Origin: Octopus vulgaris
Taxonomy: Eukaryota
Reading direction: 5' to 3'
DNA length: 64,000 nucleotides
Assembly: GCA_951406725.2 (NCBI GenBank)
Contig: OX597814.1
Span: 118,730,001-118,794,000, forward strand
Shown: positions 1 to 14,772 of the stretch, in pieces
Layout of the letters: the number at the start of each line of letters is the position of its first letter
How positions within the stretch are numbered: position 1 is the first letter of the stretch
Notes under the pieces: model-generated
What the model saw: only the letters and a program-made list of their open reading frames with translations
Databases searched by the model: none
What the model was told of the DNA's origin: nothing
Translations under genes and position numbers: made by a program

Positions 1-34
1 AATAATAATTATAATAATAATAATAATAATAATA

Positions 35-279
35 ATCATAGTAGGTGCATTAGGCATGATAAAAAAATATTCAGACAAATACATAACAAAAACACCAGGA
101 CTTACAAACACATATATCATACAGAAAATTGCACTACTAGGCACTGCACACATCCTACGCAGAGCACTTTCCATACAATAACCATCAGAGCATCACAACA
201 AATCACAGCACATACCTAAGGCACACAAATCTGCGCTCGGTAGTGCAGTGAAAGCACGCTATAAAAATAAAACTACTGA
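35..279 (+). mobile_element. R4/Dong-type RLE non-LTR retrotransposon, family A, short 5'-truncated 3' fragment
   Basis: Encodes IIVGALGMIKKYSDKYITKTPGL...LGTAHILRRALSIQ* plus a ~100-nt 3' UTR ending ...AAAACTACTGA; flanked on both sides by (AAT)n; near-identical to 485-727 and 2238-2489. Confidence 0.85.
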
Positions 280-320
280 ATAATAATAATAATAATGATA
301 ATATTAATAATAATAATAAT

Positions 321-722
321 AATAGTTGTCAGAGACCATGAAGAAAAAAAATGCTTTCTAATTGATGTATCAATACCGGCTGATGACAACGTGTCTCTAA
401 AAGAAATGGAGAAACTCTCAAAATACAAAGACCTGGAAATAGAGGTAACTAGAATGTGGAATCTGAAAACAGAAACAATTCCTATCATAGTAGGTGCATT
501 AGGCATGATAAAAAAATTCAGACAAATACATAACAAAAACACCAGGACTTACAAACACATATAACATACAGAAAATTGCACTACTAGGCACTGCACACAT
601 CCTACGCAGAACACTTTCCATACAATAACCATCAGAGCATCACAACAAATCACAGCACATACCCAAGGCACACAGAGCTGCGCTCGGTAGTGAAGTGAAA
701 GCACGCTATAAAAATAAAACTA

Positions 723-727
<5 letters not shown>
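321..727 (+). mobile_element. R4/Dong-type retrotransposon, family A, 5'-truncated copy (RLE C-terminus)
   Basis: ORF 295-564 reads VVRDHEEKKCFLIDVSIP...EKLSKYKDL...IPIIVGALG (PD-(D/E)xK restriction-like endonuclease end); same 3' UTR as the neighbouring copies; embedded in (AAT)n. Confidence 0.88.
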
Positions 728-1700
<973 letters not shown>

Positions 1701-1702
1701 TT

Positions 1703-3432
<1,730 letters not shown>

Positions 3433-5083
3433 AAAACTGTGAAAGCATTCAGCGATGACATCGGGATGGAGTTTGGACTTGAGAAGTGTGCCAAGGAACA
3501 CTTTCCAGAAACGAAATGTGAAGACCACAAATTCAGTCGTGTTAGATGTTGACACAGTCATAAGAGAGCTTGAGCAAGGACAAACATACAAATATTTAGG
3601 GATAAATGAAGGCTCTGGTATTCAGCATGCAAGCATGAAGAGAAGATCAGGAAGGAATGTTATAGGAGAGTTCGTGCAGTCCTGAAATCTGAACTAAATG
3701 CACGTATCAAGGTGTTAGCTATAAATTCCTTAGCAGTTCCAGTTGTTACTTATAGCTACAATGTGTTGAACTGGAATATGAGTGAAGTAAAGAATATAGA
3801 TAGGAAAATACGCAAGCTGCTGAGTTGTAATAGGATGCACCACCCAAAGGCAGACGTAGATCGCCTTTACCTTCCCAGAGCCCAAGGAGGTCGAGGCCTG
3901 ATCCAATTTGAACTATCTTACAAAACAACCACAATTGGACTGGCCAAATATCTCGAAATATCGAATGACTGGATGCTAAAGCTCGTGGAAAATCACGAGA
4001 CGAAAGAAGCTTCATTCTAGCATAAAGGAAAGCAAAAAATTTGCTATTGATCTCGTGCAGGATACCCAAACTGAACAACCCGAGGGAAGTACGGCAACTA
4101 TTGTTGCAAAAAGGTAAAAATAATGGCAACGAAAAAAGCGCACGAGCAATTGGCTGATAGGTGGGAAGAGAAAACTCTGCACGGCAAATATGTGGCCCGC
4201 AGCAAACAAGCTGATGTTGACCAGAAGCAAACCCATCAGTGGCTACGGAGCTCAGGGCTAAAAGCAGAGAGCGAAGGTTTCATCCTGGCTGCTCAAGATC
4301 AAAGCCTATTAACCCAGAACTACCAGGCCAATGTGATGAAAAATGGAGCAGACCCAAAATGCCGATTCTGCAACGACATGATTGAAACAGTGGACCACCT
4401 AATCTCTGGATGTAAAGTATTAGCCCCAGTGGAGTATAAATTAAGACATGACAGAGTTGGCCACTATCTACATTGGCTAATAGGTCGGTATTACAATATC
4501 AAAACTGCCGACAATTGGTATAATCACCACCCTGAGGCTGTAACTGAAGGAGAAAATGTAACCATTCTGTGGGACTTCCCAGTACATACAGACCGAACCA
4601 TCAAGGCCAATAAACCAGATATTGTTGTGAAAGACCAAAACAATAAAGTTTACTTATTGATCAACATGAGCATCCCCTGTGATCATAATATCTCAGCGAA
4701 AGAGTTTGACAAGCTCAGAAAATATAAAGACCTACTCATTGAAATTGAGAAAATGTGGCATCTCAAGGCGGTTACAATACCAGTGATCGTAGGAGCACTA
4801 GGAATGATCAAGAAGGGAACCGAAAATTATATGAGAATGATCCCTGGCTTACCATCCCTGCAAGAAGTGCAAAAGATTGTCTTAACTGGTACATCACACG
4901 TATTGAGAAGAGCATTGTCGATGTGAGAACTGTTGCTGCTCATGTATTTTAATTTAACTTGAAAAAAAAATGAACGAGTTTGGTTTAATCGCCTACCAAT
5001 GTATACTATGAGTTTCTTTGCCCTAGGAGTCGGGAAGACACTCGGCAAGAAATGGACGCAAATTTGAAAGAAGAAAAAAAAAG
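3433..5083 (+). mobile_element. R4/Dong-type retrotransposon, family B, 5'-truncated (RT thumb, CCHC, RLE), frameshifted
   Basis: YKYLGINE, LYLPRAQGGRGL, CRFCNDMIETVDHLISGC, RHDRVG, KPDIVVKD, KLRKYKDL across ORFs 3455-3685, 3712-4020 and 4123-4926; highly similar to the minus-strand copy at 34155-35905; flanked by (AAT)n. Confidence 0.93.
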
Positions 5084-5105
5084 TAATAATAATAATAATA
5101 ATAAT

Positions 5106-5490
5106 AATAGAAATCAGCAAAATGTGGAACCTGAAGACTAAAACAATACCTGTTATCATAGGTGCCCTGGGAATGATAGCAAAAGGGGCTGATTGCTACC
5201 TAATTCAGATACCAGGAAACCCCAAAATCGCAGAAATTCAAAAGCTAGTGCTCATGGGAACTGCTCATATCGTACGCAAATTAATTTCTATGTAATCACA
5301 AGTTTTAAGACAAACATAATTTACGTATGGTTTTTTAGGCATTCACTAGTACAACACTAAGTACAAAAACAAATATATGGCACCTTAGGCATAACACCAA
5401 CATAAACTTCCAACTTGTTGCTTCTTGAGGTCTCTGGGTGAGACTTGGAGCCAACTTGTGCAAATAGAAAGCAAAAATCAAACATAGAAT
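5106..5490 (+). mobile_element. R4/Dong-type retrotransposon, family C, short 3' fragment
   Basis: EISKMWNLKTKTIPVIIGALGMIAKGADCYL... and a 3' UTR matching the reverse complement of 35985-36320; followed by (AAT)n. Confidence 0.85.
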
Positions 5491-5504
5491 AATAATAATG
5501 ATAA

Positions 5505-6016
5505 TGCCCTGATCCAGTACCAGACAGTGGTTCACATGGATTCTAATCTGAACTGATTGGAAGTGTTATCATGTACATTGTTTTGTCTTCGTATACAAGA
5601 TTGGCTACAGTAAATATTCTGCTCAATACCACAGATTTGCTTGTCGGTTGTTTGACCTTCATCAGTTGACCATGAGCAGAATACGTGGGGGAGCGTCATA
5701 GCCGTGTGTTGAAAGAGGTTTGGATAATTCTTAGAGGTTTGGATAATTCACCTTTGGAAACGGATGGTTCGTTCAAAATCCTTAAACAATCCTTATTCAG
5801 GGACATTTTGAACGGGATGGGCTACGCGACCAGAAGAAAATTCTAACAAGGACATGCACTGTTTATCTTGTTATGAGATCACTATGTCGCACACATATGG
5901 TTGTGATGCACGTGCCTAGTATACCCTCATCAGACGGGGAGTCATGATGGGTATACTGGGCTTCGTACATTTTGCCCCAGCGTAACTTTGATGGCATGCA
6001 GTGCTCTCTCACTCAA
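5505..6016 (+). mobile_element. Interspersed repeat between trinucleotide runs, probably the 3' UTR of a further microsatellite-associated non-LTR element
   Basis: Complex non-coding sequence bounded by AAT/GAT on the left and (TAG)/(AAT) on the right; no ORF. Confidence 0.4.
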
Positions 6017-6072
6017 TAGTAGTAGTAGTAGTTGTAATAATAATAATAATAATGATTATAATAATAATAATG

Positions 6073-6110
<38 letters not shown>

Positions 6111-6285
6111 AAGAAGAAGAAGGAGGAGGGGGAGAAGAAGAAGAAAATGAAGAAGAAGAAGAAGAGAAGAAGAAGAAGAAGAAGAAGAAGAAGAAGAAGA
6201 AGAAGAAGAAGAAGAAGAAGAAGGAGAAGAAACAGAAGAAGAAGAAGAAGAAGAAGAAAAAGAAGAAGAAGAAGAAGAAGAAGAA
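6017..6285. repeat. (TAG)n/(AAT)n/(GAA)n compound microsatellite
   Basis: Direct reading. Confidence 0.95.
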
Positions 6286-6800
6286 TTCCAGTGTATTAAT
6301 TAAAATTTATTTTTATCTTATTGCACAGTTTAAAAAAAAACAGTTCCTCGAAATATACATTTCAGCCTTTTGGCGGAAATTCAGCAAGAAGATATTTGTT
6401 TCCAGTTTAATCAGGACTGGGTGGTAACAGTGATTTTACAGCTTATATTCAATAATATATTCAGGTTACATATTCAGTGGTTTCACTTATAGTTAAATTG
6501 AATTATTACAGGAAGGGTCGTGTCTAATTTGATTTCATTTTAATAACATAATTTCAAAACTAAATAAGTAACTAGAAATATATTGCATGTCATGTCCTTT
6601 ATGTCAACTGAAAATTTCAACAAAGCATCTGAACATAAGAGATTATTAAAAATCTATAAAAATATCGGAGGGAAATTTTTATTAAATAATTTTTCATAAA
6701 AACATATGAAAAAGAAATTTTGCTCGAAAATCCTAAACTAAAATATTTGTTAGTTTGATTGCGAGAACAAAATAACGAGTAAAGTATTCTACATATAATT

Positions 6801-7095
6801 GGAGCACTCCGTAGGTTACGACGACGAGGGTCCCAGCTGATACGATGAACTGAACAGACTGCTAGTGAAATCAAGGTGCAGGTAACTGAGCAATCCACAG
6901 ACACTGGTATCCCTAACGTAGTTCGCAGGGAGATTCATTGTGACACAGAGTGTGACAAGGCCGGACCTTTGAAATACAGGTACAACTCATTTTTGTCTGC
7001 TGAGTGTCTTGCGCAAGGACACAACGCGTCGCCAGGAATCGAACTCACGACCTCACGATCGTGTGTGGAATGCCCTAACCACTAAGCCACGCGCA
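6801..7095 (-). mobile_element. tRNA-derived SINE
   Basis: The minus strand starts GCGCGTGGCTTAGTGGTTAGGG (A box) ... GAGTTCGATTCC (B box), followed by a CORE-like GTCCTTGCGCAAGACAC segment. Confidence 0.7.
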
Positions 7096-7739
7096 TTCAT
7101 ATATAACTATATTAATGTTAAATACATTTTTTCCTTAGCTGTGTCTGTTATGTTGTCTATATTAAATGGAAAGAGTCTTGTATGGAATATTGCATCTGAA
7201 ACTCACATCTACTATACGTATTGAAACAGTAACTATAAAATCGCTATCACGGGGACATAATTAATAATCAATTGTCTTATTCGAACTTATTCATTGATTA
7301 ATACTTGCAAGTTTAATATTGCCATAGAAGTATGTGTTATTTTTTAACATCTTACTTCAAACTGCGTTTATATTGACTGGATATGTTTGTAGTTGTTTCG
7401 CCTTGCTTACCCCCACGTATTGTTTGAGAAAGATATACAGTTTCAAAATTCTAATTCAGTAGATCTGATTAATTAATTGAGAATTAGTCTGGAAATAAAT
7501 TTAAATTACTGTAGGGCAAACTTATATTGATAGCGTACGTGCTATTTTTAGGTGAAAGATATAAATATGTATTGCTTTCGGTGCCCTTGCGTTAAGGAAA
7601 TGTTCGTAAATCAAAACATTATCTAAAAAATATTGAACCATAAATTGAGTCAAACACAAAATTAATATCCAATATTTTTCATCTGATGTTAAAGCAGACA
7701 TGTAAATCTTCATTAATTCCGATTGTTTACAAGTGAATA

Positions 7740-7827
<88 letters not shown>

Positions 7828-10012
7828 ATATATATATATATATATAGTGTTGTTGTTCATATAAAAACTTCACCTAACTTGATTTAATGAGTCGAATCGC
7901 TGTTATATGAATAGAAAATGTATGCTCTTAGTTTTTAGTTTTTCTTTTTTCTTTTTGTTCCGGAAAATTACTTTTGCTCAGGCAATAAAAAGGCAGACGT
8001 AATCATAGTATTGTGTCCATCCAAACTTCAGTGCTCACATTAAACACTTCAGCAGTTGACCTTTACCACAACATCACCTCCTGGAAATTATTCCATCCTA
8101 TATTTTTCCTGCAGCCGTCAAATCGAAGCAATTCAAGAGGAACATTACAAACATCTATCTCACAACCATTTCCTCTAAACCAAAACACGAGAATAATTGA
8201 TAAGAAATGTGTAATTTTATCACAAAATTTTCTAATTTACTATATGAGTATAATATTTATTAAATTGCTTGCTAAATGTAATAATTTACTTTTCGAATCT
8301 CATTTACTTCTGGTCATTCTTCAGGCTGTAAAAGAAGCACGTCTGCAATGACAAAAAATAAATTATTAAGCAAGTAATTATATAATTGTTTCACATATTT
8401 GCTAAAAAAAAATCAATAAAAAGAAAATTTGGTTGAATTATTTTGTTAGTTACTTTAATAAGATGATTTTGTTTTTAATTAATCAACTTCCAATAATTTA
8501 ACGGAATTAAAATTATGTTTTTAACATTGCAATTTCTCTAATTATTGTTCGATATCTTTTAATGACTTCATTATTTAAATTTTGCAATAATTAATACCTC
8601 ACCAACTGACTGTAGTGTCATTAAGATTTATATATTTTCTATAATGATAACTGACTTTGGCACGAAATCACAGATAAATAAGTGAGAAGTATGATATATC
8701 CAATCACTCCGATCCAAGAATGTTATTAGTTATGCTGTTGTTTTCTTTAATATAGTTTAAATCCGTATTAAAATAAGTTGACAAGAGATATAATCAAAGA
8801 CGTAATTTTATATTTTAAGCAAAGGAATTATTCACGAACAGTACCCAATATCAACTTTATATACGTTATCTGCAAGAAATGTGTCTACTATCTCTAGTAT
8901 ATCGAATGACCCCACTGAAAACTACATCTTTATGATAGCAGGATAAAAAGACGAAATTTGTTACTGAGATTAGAAGACAAAGTAGAAATATTACAGTTTA
9001 ATAATGAACAGTTAAGTTTCCATGATCATTAAGTCTCTTTTACAAAAAAACACTATTTCTACAAAAGGATGTAGATTGAACTTGAAATTATGCTAAGACA
9101 ATAAAGTAATTTTGCATGTACATGCATGTTTAACTGTGCAGATGTGTGAGATTCTGCTACTGAGAACTGTATTCGGGTTTATGCCAGATTCATAAAATAA
9201 CAGATGGTATCTAACATTGTGTTCGAAGATGAGGAGTAAATTGCTTCTTTTTTGCAACACAGGAGACGCACAACCCCTCTCCCTCTCTCTTTCTCTATCT
9301 CTCTATCTCTCTCTCTCTCTCTCACACACATACACAAATACACACACAGAAACATTCACACACTCAGACACTCTCAGAGAAACCAACACAAACACAACAG
9401 TCTCTCATCAATAGATAGAGGTTGATAGGTTATTATGTATTTTATAAGAGTAATGGTTATATTTGGTAATAACTGGTCAACATTGATTTCTTCCCCTCCA
9501 CGTCGTAAATGAGTAACGCCTGATAGTTAAGCGATATGTTATTCCATTGGTATTCATGTTCCTTACGCCAAAATCGTTAGACGTTCAGACGTAAGGAAGC
9601 TGAATGGCAATGGTCTAATACGCCTAGAAATTTAAAATGAATATGGTCTTTATATTCCAGGCACTTACTTTATGCACAAAGCTGATCACACAACACAGAT
9701 GCACCCAGAGTCTAAAGCTCTTTCTCTATTATGGTATCATTCATAAGCGTGGTATTAGTGATAATTGTAATATAAGCTCCATTCATCGGTCATAATGTTA
9801 GATAGAGCACTGTGTGGTGCGAGCAAATTTCCGGATGGTAACTGGAGTGAAAGAGATAAGAGGGGCAACTGAGGATCTTCGGCACCTGAATGTCCGTAAA
9901 ATATATGATCCTAAAATGAGGACATATTATTTGCAGGAAGTTTGGAAACCAGACATTTCAATATACTGCTCAAGTATGGGAATATACTACAGCAAACCAT
10001 AGGGACTGGCGT

Positions 10013-10251
10013 ACTCTTTACTCTTTTTTACTTGTTTCATTCATTTGATTGTAACCATACTGGAGCACCGCCTATAGTCGAGCAAATGGACCACCGGACT
10101 ATTTCTTTGTAAGCCTAGTATTTATTCTAACGGTCTCTCTTGCCGAACCACTAAGTGATGTGGACGTAAACACACAAGCGTCGGTTGTCAAGCGATGTTG
10201 GGGGGACAAACACAGACACAAACATATACATACACAAGTATATATACACAA

Positions 10252-10295
<44 letters not shown>

Positions 10296-10455
10296 GAAGA
10301 GCTTCTTTCAGTTTCCGTCTACCAAATCCATTTACAAGGCTTTGGTTGGCCGTGGCTATAGTAGAAGACACTTGCGGAAGGTGCCACGCAGTGGGACTGA
10401 ACCCAGAACCCTTTGGTCGGTAAGCAAGCGTCTTACCATACAGCCACTCTTGCAC
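10013..10455 (-). mobile_element. tRNA-derived SINE with internal (TA)/(TG) microsatellite (octopus-type family)
   Basis: Homologous to 24982-25412 and 25768-26177; A/B-box head, GGCGGTGCTCCAGCATGG-like body, (AAAGAGT) tail. Confidence 0.85.
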
Positions 10456-12332
10456 CCATTAATGAGAAAGGAAACAGTGGAAAACCAAAGAGATATACCA
10501 GTGCAAAAATTTCAGGCATGCGCAGGAAGGAGGGTGGTCATCTTTGTTTTTGAAAAGAATAATGTGTGTGATTTTGGTACTCCTGGACAAGTTACCTTTA
10601 AATATGATTTGTAAAAGCGAGGAACATGAATATAGACGGAAAATGATGGCCATGGTCGTTCCTCTTGTTCATATATTTCTCCTAATCATCATTGCTGACA
10701 CCCACGAGGAGGTTATAAATTATTACTATCCATTAATACAAGTATGGGCGTTTCCCTGTACAGGCTTGTGACGCACAACGTCATTCTCGATACGAGGCAC
10801 GTGACCATGGTTTAGGTTTATCCCGGAAATAACCACAAACAGACGATCTAACAAACTATGTTTGAGGAATTGAAATGCAATTATCTCACCAGGCAGGAGT
10901 ATTATGAGGAAGCTCGCTTGAGGAAATTGACCCTGAACGGCATGGAGGATATAAAAATTAATAATAAGATAGTAATATTAATAAATAGAAATAGAAGACG
11001 AAATGCGCATTTACAAATATATATATACTTTGAAATATAATTGGCTAGACAATGTAGAGAACATTGAAATTAGAAATTGTATAGATGAGAATTTATTAAC
11101 GAATTATATTAATATTCGATATAATGATGAAAACCAAAATATAGCAATATACATCAATATGCTAGCGGGTTTCATAATAATTTCTAGTTATAATATGCTC
11201 CAGTGGAAGCCCTTCATATCCGCTATAAAAGTAATATGGAAAAATCTCCTGTATGTATAATATTGATTTGAAGATCGTCGCAAAATTGAAATTATCTCGT
11301 GCAATTTTTTATAGCCCTTATCACTTAGAAGTGTTAATATTACTGTAGTAAAAAGAAATTAGCCCTATTTATTTCAGTTGCTCAAATTTAATTTGGATTA
11401 TATAGAAAATGTATTTCGAAGTTGACATGGACTTTAAAATCCAACTGAAGAAAATTATGAATATATTTCTCATGTATTTGTTCTTCTCAGTGAAGTGTAT
11501 TCTTTCAGCCAGAATAAGTATCATTAATATGTGTGTATATGTTTGCGTGCGTATGTGTATGTTCGCAAATACATTGTGAGTGTATTTTTGAGAGAGAGAT
11601 TGGTGAGAGAAAGAGAAAAGAAAGTGACAAGAAGAAAATGAGAGAGAAAGAGGGGGACAGCGAATGCACTAGTATTAATCATTAATGTGAATACATAGAG
11701 AAAGTTATACAAGTTCAAGCAAGAAAGTAAATATTTATTTACGTATACAAGTATATAAATATATGTCTGTTTGTGTGTGTGTATAACACAGACACACACA
11801 CATACATATATATACACTTACAAGGAACCAGTCAGATTACGTAAATTTAGATGATCGGTGTTTTATAACAGATTACGTAGGGAGAACTGAACTTAATCTT
11901 CACAACAAACAGCTGATCTCAATGGCATATCATAAATTATATACTAACTATATACACAGGGAGATAAGAGCATGCTACAAGGGGAAAATGTACAAACTAT
12001 AAAACTGTAGGGCTGCAACATCTATACATTAATGCATAATAATAGACTAACAAAATAACCACAACATACTGAAGTGGAGAAACAGGTATTTCTGTATTGA
12101 AGTTTGTGTGTAAGGCGGAAATAACATAGTATGTATGGCTTATACTACGACTATTCTACATTTCCAGAAATCAATGACGGTGAGTTGGAAGAGAATTACA
12201 ATGACCGTGGCAATCCATGCCTAACAATGGCACACGCTTACCCAGTAGGGGCATTAACTCCAATTTGTTTTAAGAAATATTATTTGCAAAGCAAGGCAGA
12301 TACAATAATTAATAATTATAAAGTAATAAATA

Positions 12333-12615
12333 TAGTCTGTTGTGTCTGGGCAGAGTCATTTTCTTTTTGTGCCTTATAAGGTAACACACTCACCGGTAAA
12401 ACTTCAACTTATGTCTTATTTTTATTTATTAAAATTTTTAAGAAATAAGTTGGAATTATAATGCCTTATAATGTAACACACTCACCGGTAAAATTTCCAC
12501 TTATTTCTTTTTTTTATTTTCCTAAAATTTTCAAGAAATAAGTGGAAATTTTACCGTTCAGTGTGTTACATTATAAGGCACAAAAAGAAAATCACTCTCT
12601 CCAGACACAACAGAA
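12333..12615. repeat. Direct plus inverted repeat structure (fold-back)
   Basis: TGCCTTATAAnGTAACACACTCACCGGTAAAA occurs twice (12370, 12462), then in reverse complement at 12533-12615; another copy of one arm lies at 44358-44401. Confidence 0.75.
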
Positions 12616-13419
12616 TATGCTTCAACACACTTGCAAACCAAATCCAACAGCGAAATGTAATAAATATAAAAAAAATAAATGACTCCTACTAGAAAATCCT
12701 AAGAACTTTATGCAAAATAAAGAGGATCCTAAATACAAAATATATGGAGATTGCGAATAAACAATGAATCATTGTTTAGCGGTACTACAGCGATATCTGT
12801 GTACAGACATTATGCTCCCACAAATTGTAAAGTGCAGTAGTATTATTAAAATAGTTCAGTACAAAAGTACATAGAGCATTGTATTAGAAATCAACAATGA
12901 TATTATTCATTGGAATACGGTATTTTAAGAAACGACGCTTAAATATCATTGTTGCTATTTATCACTGCGAAAGAACAGTGACTCCTAAAGGATGAAGGAA
13001 ATCCATGAGACAATATGTCTGAAAAGAAAATGGAAAACTATATGCAAATATCACAAGCCTGAAATTGAGATAGCCAGACAGTTTGAACTGAATAAAAGAA
13101 CTTCTACGGAAATTGTATTGTTAACGATGAAAATAAAATGCAACAAAAAATTACTAACACAAATACATATTAAAATATGACCGCGAGGTACTTCTCATTT
13201 ATTACGTCGAGTAATGTAAGCAAATACATATGTAGACAAATACAACAAAACAAATGATTTATCCAGTAAATATAACAATACAATATTGTGTGTGTATGTG
13301 TTTGTCCGTGCGAGTGCGTGTGTATCTATCTGTGTCTGAAAGTGTGTCCATGTGTGTGTAGGCGCCCGTGCACGCGTTCTTAAAATGAAATGTTTCATAT
13401 ATAATTTGTATTGAATCCA

Positions 13420-13980
13420 AACGTTAGGACGCTGGCGAAATGCTTAGTGGCATTTCGTCTGTCGTTATGTTCTGAGTTCAAATTCCGCCGAGGTCGACTT
13501 TGCCTTTCAACCTTTCGGGGTCGATTATATAAGTACCAGTTACGCACTGGAGTCGATATAATCGACTTAATTCGTTTGTCCGTCCTTGTTCGTCCGCTCT
13601 GTGTTTAGCCCCTTGTCGGTAGTAAAGAATTAGGTATTTCGTCTGACGCTACGTTCTGAGTTCAAATTCCGACGAGGTCGAATTGCCTTTCATCCTTTCG
13701 GGGTCGATTAAATAAATACCAGTTACACACTGGGGTCGATATAATCGACTTAATCTGTTTCTCCGTCCTTGTTCGTCCCCTCTGTGTTTAGCCGCTTGTG
13801 GGTAGTAAAGAAATAGGTATTTCGTCTGTCTTTACGTTCTAAGTTCAAATTCCGCCGAGGTCCACTTTGCCTTTCATTCTTTCGGTGTCGATAAATTAAG
13901 TACCAGTCGCGTACTGAGGTCGATCTAATCCAATTAATCCCCTCCCCAAAATGTCGGGTCTTGTGCCTAGAGTAGAAAAT
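13420..13980 (+). mobile_element. Three tandem units of a tRNA-derived SINE (GAGTTCAAATTCCGCCGAGGTCGAC family)
   Basis: Three ~180-bp repeats with B box GAGTTCAAATTCC; the first two end ...CTCTGTGTTTAGCCnCTTGTnGGTAGTAAAG. Confidence 0.85.
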
Positions 13981-14039
13981 TATTTGTATTGAATCCTGTA
14001 TTTATCTCTTGTGGTGAATGAACAGACATTTATATAAGT

Positions 14040-14081
14040 ACTAGCATTAAAGACCCGTCGTTGCCGGGTCATAGTGCTAGT
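14040..14081. mobile_element. Helitron-like 3' terminus (GC hairpin plus CTAG), palindromic
   Basis: ACTAGCATTAAAGACCCGTCGTTGCCGGGTCATAGTGCTAGT: GACCCG/CGGGTC stem with CTAG about 10 nt away on both sides. Confidence 0.5.
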
Positions 14082-14200
14082 GCATGTATATGTGTGTATA
14101 TATATATGTGTAAATATTACATGTACATCTACATATATACATCTACACATAAAATACAAAATACAAATTTATATCTTGATATCGCTAGTGATAACAATAC

Positions 14201-14528
14201 TCAAAATATATAACAGACTGGAATTGTTAGCCCGTCTCTTGTAATTTCGATCAATTGTATCTTGTCCTCACTCTTGTATAGAAGTGTGGCTACAATCCAG
14301 CCTACCTCAATTTCTGGGGGGGGGGGGGGTTTAAATATTTTTCCGGTACGTCCTACGTCCCAGATATAAAGGTAAGAATAAGATATTTCCACTTTGCAAG
14401 TTCGAGTCGTGTACTCCCTTGCACGCTCCGTTGACTCGAACCTTGTTTCTATTGGGGCGAATTTACCGCCTCTGATTAGATACCTTTCATAGTCGCACCA
14501 AGACACTTTTCGAAGGTGCTTTCCTCCA
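14201..14528 (-). pseudogene. Decayed ORF1/gag homologue, 3' half (the target locus interrupted by the array)
   Basis: Translates MEESTFEKCLGATM, then after a frameshift YLIRGGKFAPIETRF...PPEIEVGWIVATLL; this aligns with array protein EIAEIEKCLGDIM...YVSRGKKFGTVEVRC...PPEVKTEWLATAIL. Confidence 0.75.
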
Positions 14529-14772
14529 TGTGATTTTATTATTACCCACAAGGGGCGAACATAGAGGGGACAATACAATCGGGGAACTTAAAATAAGAAA
14601 GCGAATGACAAGAAAAGGAAAAAATAAAAGTAAAAAATGACATATGAAAGAATATTTACAATGAGATGTAAATGCCCACTCGATCCCCGGAATCGAGAGG
14701 TTACATTTTCGTCACATATATTTCACAATATTTTCTTTTTTTCTCTTCTTTCTTCTCTCTCTTCTCACAGTT

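Noticed and set aside
5988-6299. Arg/Lys-rich protamine-like ORF
   Set aside because: Derived from (GAA)n and (AAT)n repeats.
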